Shown here: positions 27,001 to 42,883 of the stretch, one piece after another
Position numbering within the stretch: the stretch's first letter is position 1
Layout: each line of letters begins with the position of its first letter
NCBI GenBank assembly: GCA_964016885.1
Contig: OZ024740.1
Location: forward strand, 38,068,001 to 38,132,000
Reading direction: 5' to 3'
Source: Eledone cirrhosa
Lineage: Eukaryota
Length of the DNA stretch: 64,000 nt
Notes under the pieces: model-generated
The model's input: the letters and a program-made list of their open reading frames with translations, nothing else
Database searches by the model: none
What the model was told of the DNA's origin: nothing
Translations under genes and position numbers: made by a program

Positions 27001-30000
27001 CACACATACAGACATCCTAGACCATATAACAGTACATCTCCCACATCTGGGACAGTGTTGTTACACACAGACATCCTAGACCACATTACAATACTGCTCC
27101 CACATCTGGGACAGTGTTGTTACACACAGACATCCTAGACCACATTACAATACTGCTCCCACATATGGGACAGTGTTGTTACACACAGACATCCTAGACC
27201 ACATTACAGCACTGCTCCCACATCTAGGACAGTGTTGTTACACACAGACAGACATCCTAGACCACATTACAGTACTGCTCCCACATCTGGGACAGTGTTG
27301 TTACACACAGACATCCTAGAAAAAACATTACAGCACTGCTCCCACATCTGGGACAGTGTTGTTACACACAGACATCCTAGACCACATTACAGCACTGCTC
27401 CCACATGTGGGACAGTGTTGTTACATACACAGACAGACATCCTAGAACACATTACAGTACTGCTCCCACATCTGGGACAGTGTTGTTACATACACAGACA
27501 GACATCCTAGATCACATTACAGTACTGCTCCCACATCTGGGACAGTGTTGTTACATACACAGACATACATCCTAGGCCACATTACAGTACTGCTCCCGCA
27601 TCTAGGACAGTGTTGTTACACACAGACATCCTAGACCATATTACAGTACTGCTCCCACATCTGGGACAGTGTTGTTACACACAGACATCCTACACCATAT
27701 TACAGTACTGCTCCCACATCTGGGACAGTGTTGTTACACACAGACATCCTAGACCACATTACAGTACTGCTCCCACATCTAGGATAGTGTTGTTACACAC
27801 AGACATCCTAGACCACATTACAGTACTGCTCCCACATCTGGGACAGTGTTGTTACACACAGACATCCTACACCATATTACAGTACTGCTCCCACATCTGG
27901 GACAGTGTTGTTATACACAGACATCCTAGACCACATTACAGTACTGCTCCCACATCTGGGACAGTGTTGTTACACACAGACATCCTAGACCATATTACAG
28001 AACTGCTCCCACATCTGGGACAGTGTTGTTACACACAGACATCCTAGACCATATTACAGTACTGCTGCGACATCTGGGACAGTGTTGTTACACACAGACA
28101 TCCTAGACCACATTACAGTACTGCTCCCACATCTAGGACAGTGTTGTTACACACAGACATCCTAGACCACATTACAGCACTGCTCCCACATCTGGGACAG
28201 TGTTGTTACACACAGACAACCTACACCATATTACAGTACTGCTCCCACATCTAGGACAGTGTTGTTACGCACATACATCCTACACCATATTACAGTACTG
28301 CTCCCACATCTGGGACAGTGTTGTTACACACAGACATCCTAGACCACATTACAGTACTGCTCCCACATCTAGGACAGTGTTGTTACACACAGACAGACAT
28401 CCTAGACCACGTTACAGTACTGCTCCCACGTCTGGGACAGTGTTGTTACACACAGACATCCTAGACCACATTACAGTACTGCTCCCACATCTGGGACAGT
28501 GTTGTTACACACAGACATCCTAGACCACATTACAGTACTGCTCCCACATCTAGGACAGTGTTGTTACACACAGACATCCTAGACCACATTACAGTACTAC
28601 TCCCACATCTGGGACAGTGTTGTTACACACAGACATCCTAGACCACATAACAGTACTGCTCCCACATCTGGGACAGTGTTGTTACACACAGACATCCTAG
28701 ACCACATTATAGTACTGCTCCCACATCTGGGACAGTGTTGTTACACACAGAGACAGACACCCAAGATCACATTACAGTACTGCTCCCACATCTGGGACAG
28801 TGTTGTTACACACACAGACATCTTAGACCACATTACAGTACTGCTCCCACATCTAGGACAGTGTTGTTACACGCAGACATCCTAGACCACATTACAGTAC
28901 TGCTCCCACATCTGGGACAGTCTTGTTACACACAGACATCCTAGACCATATTACAGTACTGCTCCCACATCTGGGACAGTCTTGTTACACACAGACATCC
29001 TAGACCACATTACAGTACTGCTCCCACATCTAGGATAGTGTTGTTATACAAAGACATCCTAGACCATATTACAGTACTGCTCCCACATATGGGACAGTGT
29101 TGTCACACACAGACATCCTAGACCACATTACAGTACTGCTCCCACATCTGGGACAGTGTTGTTACACACAGACATCCTAGACCACATTACAGTACTGCTC
29201 CCACATCTGGGACAGTCTTGTTACACACAGACATCCTAGATGACATTACAGTACTGCTCCCACATCTGGGACAGTGTTGTTACACACAGACTTCCTAGAC
29301 CACATTACAGTACTGCTCCCACATCTAGGACAGTGTTGTTACACACAGACATCCTAGACCACATTACAGTACTGCTCCCACATCTAGGACAGTGTTGTTA
29401 CATACAGACATCCTAGATCACATTACAGTACTGCTCCCACATCTGGGACAGTGTTGTTACAAACAGACTTCCTAGACCACATTACAGTACTGCTCCCACA
29501 TCTAGGACAGTGTTGTTACACACAGACATCCTAGACCACATTACAGTACTGCTCCCACATCTAGGACAGTGTTGTTACATACAGACATCCTAGATCACAT
29601 TACAGTACTGCTCCCACATCTGGGACAGTGTTGTTACACACACAAACAGACATCCTAAACCACATTACAGTACTGCTCTCACATCTGGGACAGTGTTGTT
29701 ACACACAGACATCCTAGACCACATTACAGTACTGCTTCCACATCTGGGACAGTGTTGTTACACACACAAACAGACATCCTAGACCACATTACAGTACTGC
29801 TCTCACATCTGGGACAGTGTTGTTACACACAGACATCCTAGACCACATTACAGTACTGCTTCCACATCTGGGACAGTGTTGTTACACACACAAACAGACA
29901 TCCTAGACCACATTACAGTACTGCTCTCACATCTGGGACAGTGTTGTTACACACAGACATCCTAGACCACATTACAGTACTGCTTCCACATCTGGGACAG

Positions 30001-33000
30001 TGTTGTTACACACACAAACAGACATCCTAGACGACATTACAGAACTGCTCCCACATCTAGGACAGTGTTGTTACATACAGACATCCTAGACCATATTACA
30101 GTACATCTCCCACATCTGGGACAGTGTTGTTACACACAGACATCCTAGACGACATTACAATACTGCTCCCACATCTGGGACAGTGTTGTTACACACAGAC
30201 ATCCTAGACCACATTACAGTACTGCTTCCACATCTGGGACAGTGTTGTTACACACACAAACAGACATCCTAGACGACATTACAGAACTGCTCCCACATCT
30301 GGGACAGTGTTGTTACACACAGACAAACATCCTAGACCACATTACAGTACTGCTCCCACATCTGGGACAGTGTTGTTACATACACAGAGACATCCTAGAC
30401 CACATTACAGCACTGCTCCCACATCTGGGACAGTGTTGTTACATACAGACATCCTAGATCACATTACAGTACTGCTCCCACATCTGGGACAGTGTTGTTA
30501 CACACAGACATCCTAGACCACATTACAGTACTGCTCCCACATCTGGGACAGTGTTGTTACATACACAGACAGACATCCTAGATCACATTACAGTACTGCT
30601 CCCACATCTGGGACAGTGTTGTTACATACACAGACAGACATCCTAGACCACATTACAGTACTGCTCCCGCATCTGGGACAGTGTTGTTACACACAGACAT
30701 CCTAGACCACATTACAGCACTGCTCCCACATCTGGGACAGTGTTGTTACACACAGACATCCTAGACCACATTACAGTACTGCTCCCACATCTGGGACAGT
30801 GTTGTTACACACAGACATCCTAGACCACATTACAGCACTGCTCCCACATCTGGGACAGTGTTGTTACACACAGACATCCTAGACCACATTACAGTACTGC
30901 TCCCACATCTGGGACAGTGTTGTTACACACAGACATCCTAGACCACATTACAGCACTGCTCCCACATCTGGGACAGTGTTGTTACATACACAGACAGACA
31001 TCCTAGATCACATTACAGTACTGCTCCCACATCTGGGACAGTGTTGTTACATACACAGACAGACATCCTAGACCACATTACAGTACTGCTCCCACATCTG
31101 GGACAGTGTTGTTACACACAGACATCCTAGACCACATTACAGTACTGCTCCCACATCTGGGACAGTGTTGTTACACACAGACATCCTACACCATATTACA
31201 GTACTGCTCCCACATCTGGGACAGTGTTGTTACATACACAGACAGACATCCTAGACCACATTACAGTACTGCTCCCACATCTGGGACAGTGTTGTTACAT
31301 ACACAGACAGACATCCTAGACCACATTACAGTACTGCTCCCACATCTGGGACAGTGTTGTTACACACAGACATCCTAGACCACATTACAGTACTGCTCCC
31401 ACATCTGGGACAGTGTTGTTACACACAGACATCCTAGACCACATTACAGCACTGCTCCCACATCTGGGACAGTGTTGTTACACACAGACATCCTAGACCA
31501 CATTACAGTACTGCTCCCACATCTGGGACAGTGTTGTTACACATAGACATCCTAGACCACATTACAGTACTGCTCCCACATCTGGGACAGTGTTGTTACA
31601 CACAGACATCCTACACCATATTACAGTACTGCTCCCACATCTAGGACAGTGTTGTTACACACAGACATCCTAGACCACATTACAGCACTGCTCCCACATC
31701 TGGGACAGTGTTGTTACACACAGACATCCTAGACCACATTACAGTACTGCTCCCACATCTGGGACAGTGTTGTTACACACAGACATCCTAGACCACATTA
31801 CAGCACTGCTCCCACATCTGGGACAGTGTTGTTACACACAGACATCCTAGGCCACATTACAGTACTGCTCCCACATCTAGGACAGTGTTGTTACATACAC
31901 AGACAGACATCCTAGACCATATTACAGTACTGCTCCCGCATCTAGGACAGTGTTGTTACACACAGACATCCTAGACCACATTACAGTACTGCTCCCACAT
32001 CTAGGACAGTGTTGTTACATACAGACATCCTAGCCCACATTACAGTACTGCTCCCACATCTGGGACAGTGTTGTTACACACAGACATCCTAGACCACATT
32101 ACAGCACTGCTCCCACATCTGGGACAGTGTTGTTATACACAGACATCCTAGACCACATTACAGTACTGCTCCCACATCTAGGTCAGTGTTGTTACACACA
32201 GACATCCTACACCATATTACAGTACTGCTCCCACATCTGGGACAGTGTTGTTATACACAGACATCCTAGACCACATTACAGTACTGCTCCCACATCTGGG
32301 ACAGTGTTGTTACACACAGACATCCTAGACCATATTACAGAACTGCTCCCACATCTGGGACAGTGTTGTTACACACAGACATTCTAGACCATATTACAGT
32401 ACTGCTCCCACATCTAGGTCAGTGTTGTTACACACAGACATCCTACACCATATTACAGTACTGCTCCCACATCTGGGACAGTGTTGTTATACACAGACAT
32501 CCTAGACCACATTACAGTACTGCTCCCACATCTGGGACAGTGTTGTTACACACAGACATCCTAGACCATATTACAGAACTGCTCCCACATCTGGGACAGT
32601 GTTGTTACACACAGACATCCTAGACCACATTACAGTACTGCTCCCACATCTAGGACAGTGTTGTTACATACAGACATCCTAGCCCACATTACAGTACTGC
32701 TCCCACATCTGGGACAGTGTTGTTACACACAGACATCCTAGACCACATTACAGTACTGCTCCCACATCTAGGACAGTGTTGTTACACACAGACATCCTAG
32801 ACCACATTACAGTACTGCTCCCACATCTGGGACAGTCTTGTTACACACACAGACACACATCCTAGACCACATTACAGCACTGCTCCCACATCTGGGACAG
32901 TGTTGTTACACACAGACATCCTAGACCACATTACAGCACTGCTCCCACATCTGGGACAGTGTTGTTACACACAGACATCCTAGACCACATTACAGTACTG

Positions 33001-36000
33001 CTCCCACATCTAGGACAGTGTTGTTACACACAGACATCCTAGGCCACATTACAGTACTGCTCCCACATCTAGGACAGTGTTGTTACATACACAGACAGAC
33101 ATCCTAGACCATATTACAGTACTGCTCCCGCATCTAGGACAGTGTTGTTACACACAGACATCCTAGACCACATTACAGTACTGCTCCCACATCTAGGACA
33201 GTGTTGTTACATACAGACATCCTAGCCCACATTACAGTACTGCTCCCACATCTGGGACAGTGTTGTTACACACAGACATCCTAGACCACATTACAGTACT
33301 GCTCACACATCTGGGACAGTGTTGTTACACACAGACATCCTAGACCACATTACAGTACTGCTCCCACATCTAGGTCAGTGTTGTTACACACAGACATCCT
33401 ACACCATATTACAGTACTGCTCCCACATCTGGGACAGTGTTGTTATACACAGACATCCTAGACCACATTACAGCACTGCTCCCACATCTGGGACAGTGTT
33501 GTTACACACAGACATCCTAGACCACATTACAGTACTGCTCCCACATCTGGGACAGTGTTGTTACACATAGACATCCTAGACCACATTACAGTACTGCTCC
33601 CACATCTGGGACAGTGTTGTTACACACAGACATCCTACACCATATTACAGTACTGCTCCCACATCTAGGACAGTGTTGTTACACACAGACATCCTAGACC
33701 ACATTACAGCACTGCTCCCACATCTGGGACAGTGTTGTTACACACAGACATCCTAGACCACATTACAGTACTGCTCCCACATCTGGGACAGTGTTGTTAC
33801 ACACAGACATCCTAGACCACATTACAGCACTGCTCCCACATCTGGGACAGTGTTGTTACACACAGACATCCTAGGCCACATTACAGTACTGCTCCCACAT
33901 CTAGGACAGTGTTGTTACATACACAGACAGACATCCTAGACCATATTACAGTACTGCTCCCGCATCTAGGACAGTGTTGTTACACACAGACATCCTAGAC
34001 CACATTACAGTACTGCTCCCACATCTAGGACAGTGTTGTTACATACAGACATCCTAGCCCACATTACAGTACTGCTCCCACATCTGGGACAGTGTTGTTA
34101 CACACAGACATCCTAGACCACATTACAGCACTGCTCCCACATCTGGGACAGTGTTGTTATACACAGACATCCTAGACCACATTACAGTACTGCTCCCACA
34201 TCTAGGTCAGTGTTGTTACACACAGACATCCTACACCATATTACAGTACTGCTCCCACATCTGGGACAGTGTTGTTATACACAGACATCCTAGACCACAT
34301 TACAGTACTGCTCCCACATCTGGGACAGTGTTGTTACACACAGACATCCTAGACCATATTACAGAACTGCTCCCACATCTGGGACAGTGTTGTTACACAC
34401 AGACATTCTAGACCATATTACAGTACTGCTCCCACATCTAGGTCAGTGTTGTTACACACAGACATCCTACACCATATTACAGTACTGCTCCCACATCTGG
34501 GACAGTGTTGTTATACACAGACATCCTAGACCACATTACAGTACTGCTCCCACATCTGGGACAGTGTTGTTACACACAGACATCCTAGACCATATTACAG
34601 AACTGCTCCCACATCTGGGACAGTGTTGTTACACACAGACATCCTAGACCACATTACAGTACTGCTCCCACATCTAGGACAGTGTTGTTACATACAGACA
34701 TCCTAGCCCACATTACAGTACTGCTCCCACATCTGGGACAGTGTTGTTACACACAGACATCCTAGACCACATTACAGTACTGCTCCCACATCTAGGACAG
34801 TGTTGTTACACACAGACATCCTAGACCACATTACAGTACTGCTCCCACATCTGGGACAGTCTTGTTACACACACAGACACACATCCTAGACCACATTACA
34901 GCACTGCTCCCACATCTGGGACAGTGTTGTTACACACAGACATCCTAGACCACATTACAGCACTGCTCCCACATCTGGGACAGTGTTGTTACACACAGAC
35001 ATCCTAGACCACATTACAGTACTGCTCCCACATCTAGGACAGTGTTGTTACACACAGACATCCTAGGCCACATTACAGTACTGCTCCCACATCTAGGACA
35101 GTGTTGTTACATACACAGACAGACATCCTAGACCATATTACAGTACTGCTCCCGCATCTAGGACAGTGTTGTTACACACAGACATCCTAGACCACATTAC
35201 AGTACTGCTCCCACATCTAGGACAGTGTTGTTACATACAGACATCCTAGCCCACATTACAGTACTGCTCCCACATCTGGGACAGTGTTGTTACACACAGA
35301 CATCCTAGACCACATTACAGTACTGCTCACACATCTGGGACAGTGTTGTTACACACAGACATCCTAGACCACATTACAGTACTGCTCCCACATCTAGGTC
35401 AGTGTTGTTACACACAGACATCCTACACCATATTACAGTACTGCTCCCACATCTGGGACAGTGTTGTTATACACAGACATCCTAGACCACATTACAGTAC
35501 TGCTCCCACATCTGGGACAGTGTTGTTACACACAGACATCCTAGACCATATTACAGAACTGCTCCCACATCTGGGACAGTGTTGTTACACACAGACATTC
35601 TAGACCATATTACAGTACTGCTGCGACATCTGGGACAGTGTTGTTACACACAGACATCCTAGACCACATTACAGTACTGCTCCCACATCTAGGACAGTGT
35701 TGTTACACACAGACATCCTAGACCACATTACAGCACTGCTCCCACATCTGGGACAGTGTTGTTACACACAGACAACCTACACCATATTACAGTACTGCTC
35801 CCACATCTGGGACAGTGTTGTTACACACAGACATCCTACACCATATTACAGTACTGCTCCCACATCTGGGACAGTGTTGTTACACACAGACATCCTAGAC
35901 CACATTACAGTACTGCTCCCACGTCTGGGACAGTGTTGTTACACACAGACATCCTAGACCACATTACAGTACTGCTCCCACATCTGGGACAGTGTTGTTA

Positions 36001-39000
36001 CACACAGACATCCTAGACCACATTACAGTACTGCTCCCACATCTAGGACAGTGTTGTTACACACAGACATCCTAGACCACATTACAGTACTACTCCCACA
36101 TCTGGGACAGTGTTGTTACACACAGACATCCTAGACCACATAACAGTACTGCTCCCACATCTGGGACAGTGTTGTTACACACAGACATCCTAGACCACAT
36201 TATAGTACTGCTCCCACATCTGGGACAGTGTTGTTACACACAGAGACAGACACCCAAGATCACATTACAGTACTGCTCCCACATCTGGGACAGTGTTGTT
36301 ACACACACAGACATCTTAGACCACATTACAGTACTGCTCCCACATCTGGGACAGTGTTGTTACACACACAGACATCTTAGACCACATTACAGTACTGCTC
36401 CCACATCTGGGACAGTGTTGTTACACGCAGACATCCTAGACCACATTACAGTACTGCTCCCACATCTGGGACAGTCTTGTTACACACAGACATCCTAGAC
36501 CATATTACAGTACTGCTCCCACATCTGGGACAGTCTTGTTCTACACAGACATCCTAGACCACATTACAGTACTGCTCCCACATCTAGGATAGTGTTGTTA
36601 TACAAAGACATCCTAGACCATATTACAGTACTGCTCCCACATATGGGACAGTGTTGTCACACACAGACATCCTAGACCACATTACAGTACTGCTCCCACA
36701 TCTGGGACAGTGTTGTTACACACAGACATCCTAGACCACATTACAGTACTGCTCCCACATCTGGGACAGTCTTGTTACACACAGACATCCTAGACGACAT
36801 TACAGTACTGCTCCCACATCTGGGACAGTGTTGTTACACACAGACTTCCTAGACCACATTACAGTACTGCTCCCACATCTAGGACAGTGTTGTTACACAC
36901 AGACATCCTAGACCACATTACAGTACTGCTCCCACATCTGGGACAGTGTTGTTACATACAGACATCCTAGATCACATTACAGTACTGCTCCCACATCTGG
37001 GACAGTGTTGTTACACACAGACTTCCTAGACCACATTACAGTACTGCTCCCACATCTAGGACAGTGTTGTTACACACAGACATCCTAGACCACATTACAG
37101 TACTGCTCCCACATCTAGGACAGTGTTGTTACATACAGACATCCTAGATCACATTACAGTACTGCTCCCACATCTGGGACAGTGTTGTTACACACACAAA
37201 CAGACATCCTAAACCACATTACAGTACTGCTCTCACATCTGGGACAGTGTTGTTACACACAGACATCCTAGACCACATTACAGTACTGCTTCCACATCTG
37301 GGACAGTGTTGTTACACACACAAACAGACATCCTAGACGACATTACAGAACTGCTCCCACATCTAGGACAGTGTTGTTACATACAGACATCCTAGACCAT
37401 ATTACAGTACATCTCCCACATCTGGGACAGTGTTGTTACACACAGACATCCTAGACCACATTACAATACTGCTCCCACATCTGGGACAGTGTTGTTACAC
37501 ACAGACATCCTAGACCACATTACAGTACTGCTTCCACATCTGGGACAGTGTTGTTACACACACAAACAGACATCCTAGACGACATTACAGAACTGCTCCC
37601 ACATCTAGGACAGTGTTGTTACAGACAGACATCCTAGACCATATTACAGTACTGCTCCCACATCTGGGACAGTGTTGTTACACACAGACATCCTAGATCA
37701 CATTACAGTACTGCTCCCACATCTAGGACAGTGTTGTTACATACACAGAGACATCCTAGACCACATTACAGTACTGCTCCCACATCTAGGACAGTGTTGT
37801 TACATACAGATATCCTAGATCACATTACAGTACTGCTCCCACATCTGGGACAGTGTTGTTACACACAGACATCCTAGACCACATTACAGTACTGCTCCCA
37901 CAGCTGGGACAGTGTTGTTACACACACAGACAGACATCCTAGACCACATTACAGTACTGCCCCCACATCTAGGACAGTGTTGTTACACACAGACATCCTA
38001 GACCACATTACAGCACTGCTCCCACATCTAGGACAGTGTTGTTACACACAGACATCCTAGACCACATTACAGTACTGCTCCCACATCTAGGACAGTGTTG
38101 TTACATACAGACATCCTAGATCACATTACAGTACTGCTCCCACATCTGGGACAGTGTTGTTACACACAGACATCCTAGATCACATTACAGTACTGCTCCC
38201 ACATCTAGGACAGTGTTGTTACACACAGACATCCTAGACCACATTACAGTACTGCTCCCACATCTGGGACAGTGTTGTTACATACAGACATCCTAGATCA
38301 CATTACAGTACTGCTCCCACATCTGGGACAGTGTTGTTACACACAGACATCCTAGACTTCATTACAGTACTGCTCCCACATCTGGGACAGTGTTGTTCTA
38401 CACAGACATCCTAGACCACATTACAGTACTGCTCCCACATCTGGGACAGTGTTGTTACACACAGACATCCTAGACTTCATTACAGTACTGCTCCCACATC
38501 TGGGACAGTGTTGTTCTACACAGACATCCTAGACCACATTACAGTACTGCTCCCACATCTGGGACAGTGTTGTTACACACAGACATCCTAGACTTCATTA
38601 CAGTACTGCTCCCACATCTGGGACAGTGTTGTTCTACACAGACATCCTAGACCACATTACAGTACTGCTCCTACATCTGGGACAGTGTTGTTCTACACAG
38701 ACATCCTAGACCACATTACAGTACTGCTCTCTCTTCTGGGACAGTGTTGTTACATACAGACATCCTAGACCACATTATAGTACTGCTCCCATACCTGGGA
38801 CAGTGTTGTTACATACAGACATCCTAGACCACATTATAGTACTGCTCCCACATCTGGGACAGTGTTGTTACACACAGACATCCTAGACCACATTACAGTA
38901 CTGCTCTCACTTCTGGGACAGTGTTGTTACATACAGACATCCTAGACCACATTATAGTACTGCTCCCATACCTGGGACAGTGTTGTTACACACAGAGATC

Positions 39001-40300
39001 CTAGACCACATTACAGTACTGCTCCCACATCTGGGACAGTGTTGTTACACACAGACATCCTAGACCATATTACAGAACTGCTCCCACATCTAGGACAGTG
39101 TTGTTACACACAGACATCCTAGACCACATTACAGTACGGCTCTCACTTCTGGGACAGTGTTGTTACACACAGACATCCTAGACCACATTATAGCACTGCT
39201 CCCTTACCTGGGACAGTGTTGTTACATACAGACATCCTAGACCACATTACAGTACGGCTCTCACTTCTGGGACAGTGTTGTTACACACAGACATCCTAGA
39301 CCACATTATAGTACTGCTCCCATACCTGGGACAGTGTTGTTACATACAGACATCCTAGACCACATTACAGTACTGCTCCCACATCTGGGACAGTGTTGTT
39401 ACATACAGACATCCTAGACCACATTACAGTACTGCTCCCACATCTGGGACAGTGTTGTTACACACAGACATCCTAGACCACATTACAGTACTGCTCCCAC
39501 ATCTAGGACAGTGTTGTTACACACAGACATCCTAGACCACATTACAGTACTGCTCCCACATCTGGGACAGTGTTGTTACACACACAGACAGACATCCTAG
39601 ACCACATTACAGTACTGCTCCCACATCTGGGACAGTGTTGTTACACACAGACATCCTAGACCACATTACAGTACTGCTCTCACTTCTGGGACAGTGTTGT
39701 TACATACAGACATCCTAGACCACATTACAGTACTGCTCCCACATCTGGGACAGTGTTGTTACACACAGACATCCTAGACCACATTACAGTACTGCTCCCA
39801 CATCTGGGACAGTGTTGTGCTACACAGACATCCTAGACCACATTACAGTACTGCTCTCACTTCTGGGACAGCGTTGTTACATACAGACATCCTAGACCAC
39901 ATTACAGTACTGCTCTCACTTCTGGGACAGTGTTGTTACACACAGACATCCTAGACCACATTAAAGTACTGCTCCCACATCTGGGACAGTGTTGTTACAC
40001 ACAGACATCCTAGACCACATTACAGTACTGCTCCCACATCTGGGACAGTGTTGTTACACACAGACATCCTAGACCACATTACAGTACTGCTCCCACATCT
40101 GGGACAGTGTTGTTACACACAGACATCCTAGACCACATTACAGTACTGCTCCCATACCTGGGACAGTGATGCTGTTACAGGCATCCTAGACCACAATATA
40201 GTGGTGCTGCTCTCACTTCTGGGACAGTGTTGTTGTTACATATAGACATCCTAGATTCACATTACACTACTGCCCCCACATTTATGACAGTGTTGTTGTC
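15043..40300. repeat. ~25 kb tandem satellite, 59-bp unit CAGTGTTGTTACACACAGACATCCTAGACCACATTACAGTACTGCTCCCACATCTGGGA, roughly 420 copies
   Basis: Read directly. 61/63/65-bp variants arise by AC/AGAC slippage, and the units are degenerate at the right edge. Confidence 0.99.
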
Positions 40301-41521
40301 ACATCCACAGAGTTATTGTCTTTCATCTGCCTTTTCTATCACTACTACAATAGCTTCTGGTCTCATGCAACTTCCGTCAAGGTACTACTCCCACATCACA
40401 AAGCCTCTCATCCTCCTCCTATCACATACATCATGTACCCTCCTTCTTCAGAATAGCAGACCTTTGGAAATCCTTTCCTATACATGTTTTTCCTGCAGCT
40501 ATCAACTGACAATTATTCAAAAAGACTTATATGCTTCAATCTCACCAATCCAGGAAGGTCTATAAAGGATCACCACAGCCCCTTCCTCCAGACCAAACCA
40601 ATTGGGGTGAGAAAAAAAAAAGAAAATCAACAAGACAATTTTGTCTTTTCTTTTTTTAGAATTCTCAAAGAAAGAATTTTATTCTATTGTCTATTTCATG
40701 AATCACAAAGTTATAACATGGAAATTATTATAAATTTATACACAATAATTTTGTCAACTGTTTCCATAACATTATTTAAATTATAATTATTGCAACATCA
40801 AAAGAAATATGTTATGTAATATTTTAATAGTTGTAATGTTTTTCTTGCTTTTGTAAATATTTATTTCCAACAAAGTGTTCTATAACTGTTACATCAGTCA
40901 CAAGACATACACATTATGGAGAGTTTCATCAATTAGTCACTTGATTTGAATATTCTATTCATTTTATTCTAAAAGTAGAATGATGCTAATAACATTTTAT
41001 ATTTAGTGACTATATATCATCATCAGCATCATTTAACATCCACTTTCCTTGCAAGCAAGGGTTGGACAAGCGATCACAAACCAACTCAGTATTTAATCAG
41101 AGCTACTAAACTCTGAGATGTGCCAAGGGCCCACTTCTCACTAATATATGTTCACACACTCTACAGAGTGCACAAAGTGCATTTTATCGTGTTACCAACA
41201 CTAGGGAGATTGTTATGTCTCTGATATAGCTCAAGAGAATCCTCTCAACAGTTTCATAGCTTTTCTATGGCTGGATGCTATTCCTATCATGAACCACTTT
41301 ACAGAGTGTACTGGGTGTGTTTATTGTGATACCAGCATTAGGAAGGTCGCCAGTTATTGACTCAACTAAAGAAGTCTCCCTATCCTTTATCCTTTGGGAT
41401 ATATACATATATATCATTATAATAAAACAAGATCATATGACAGTTATTTTGTGATTGATTTGACTGGGAAATGCTATGTGCCTTAATATATTTCCTCCCT
41501 GCTTCACTCTTACACAAACAG

Positions 41522-41539
41522 AGAGAGGGAGAGAGCGAG

Positions 41540-41617
<78 letters not shown>

Positions 41618-41630
41618 CGTGCGTGTGCGT
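41522..41630. repeat. (AG)n-(TG)n-(TGCG)n compound microsatellite
   Basis: Read directly. Confidence 0.95.
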
Positions 41631-42051
41631 TGTTAATAATAACAACATCTACCAATCTACTGAAATATCTATTTATCTACTGATCTGTTTGTCTACTTGC
41701 CCAGCTATCTCTCTATTTATCTGGCTACTTGCCTGCCTACCTACCTACTGACCTACTTGTCTGATTATCTATCAATAGCTATTGATTTATGTATATTTAC
41801 CAATATAATTTGGACAAGAACAACAATAACAACAAACCACAAAACCCAATAACAATCTTAAGATAGATAAACAGATACATAGATAGAACAAAGCCATAAT
41901 TTTATGACTATCGTCATCATTATTTCCTGCTAGGAAAGGTTAGGCAGGTCTTCATAGACATATCAGTCAGTACTCAGGTAGTTGATTTGGTCAAGGAAAA
42001 CTCAAAATACTTTAAACCTCATCATTTTGATGGGTACTTTGTTACTGCATG

Positions 42052-42112
<61 letters not shown>

Positions 42113-42883
42113 CAATAGGGGTTGAAACTGTCAAAGTCCATCTCAACACCTGAAGATGAAGTTCTGTGTCTTTCATTTGTTTTTTAAGGTTTCCCCTTTA
42201 AAAAATTTTTTTTGTTCTGACTTGTTTTTGCTCATTGTCTTCTCGTTGTTAATTTTCCTAATTCTATATCTATATATATATGTGTGAGTGTGTTAGTAAA
42301 TCATCAACACTATTGTATGCAGAATAGAGCACTCAATGAAATATACAAGTAGGTCTGCATACTCCTGAGTATAATTGTAATAATGAAACAAGTCAACAGG
42401 TTAGGGTTTCCTTCCTTTATTCATTATACAATCACATATATATATTTCGATGATAACTGCTATGCAACAGTTATGACCTCATCAGACAGCTATCAGTTGA
42501 ACAAAAAAAAACATGACGAAATAAAAATTACTCCTGCTGTTTCAATTCATTGATATGTCCCAGGCTGATCACGGTATTGCTTTCTCAAAGCACATGTGAC
42601 ATATGACTTAGAATAAACAGCCTCAAGCATCAACCCAAGAGGTATACAAGGTAGTTCCACCACCTTATCATGCAGCCATTGTGGCGCCATGGTCTGAGAT
42701 TGGCTGTCCACTTACTAAGGAATCACAGATGCTATAGCAGTAGAGGTTGACCTTAGAAATCAGTTGGTAGATGAATTTGCTACAGTATTAACAATAACAG
42801 CCCAAGCTGTTAAATAGAAGAGGGTAGTGGTACTTGGCTTCAGTGACCATAGTAGTAGTGGCAGCAGTGATAATATAATACAA

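Noticed and set aside
15043-40300. CRISPR-like array, or the many short MLLHTDILDH ORFs
   Set aside because: There are no unique spacers and no cas genes, and the context is a eukaryotic intron. The 59-bp unit shifts frame, so the ORFs are artefacts.
15043-40300. Iron-responsive-element array (bulged C + 5-bp upper stem)
   Set aside because: The loop is CATC rather than CAGUGN, and the bulged-C form is on the strand opposite to the Dopey transcript.
41380-41751. HT/VC-repeat ORFs
   Set aside because: These are translations of a (TG)n microsatellite.
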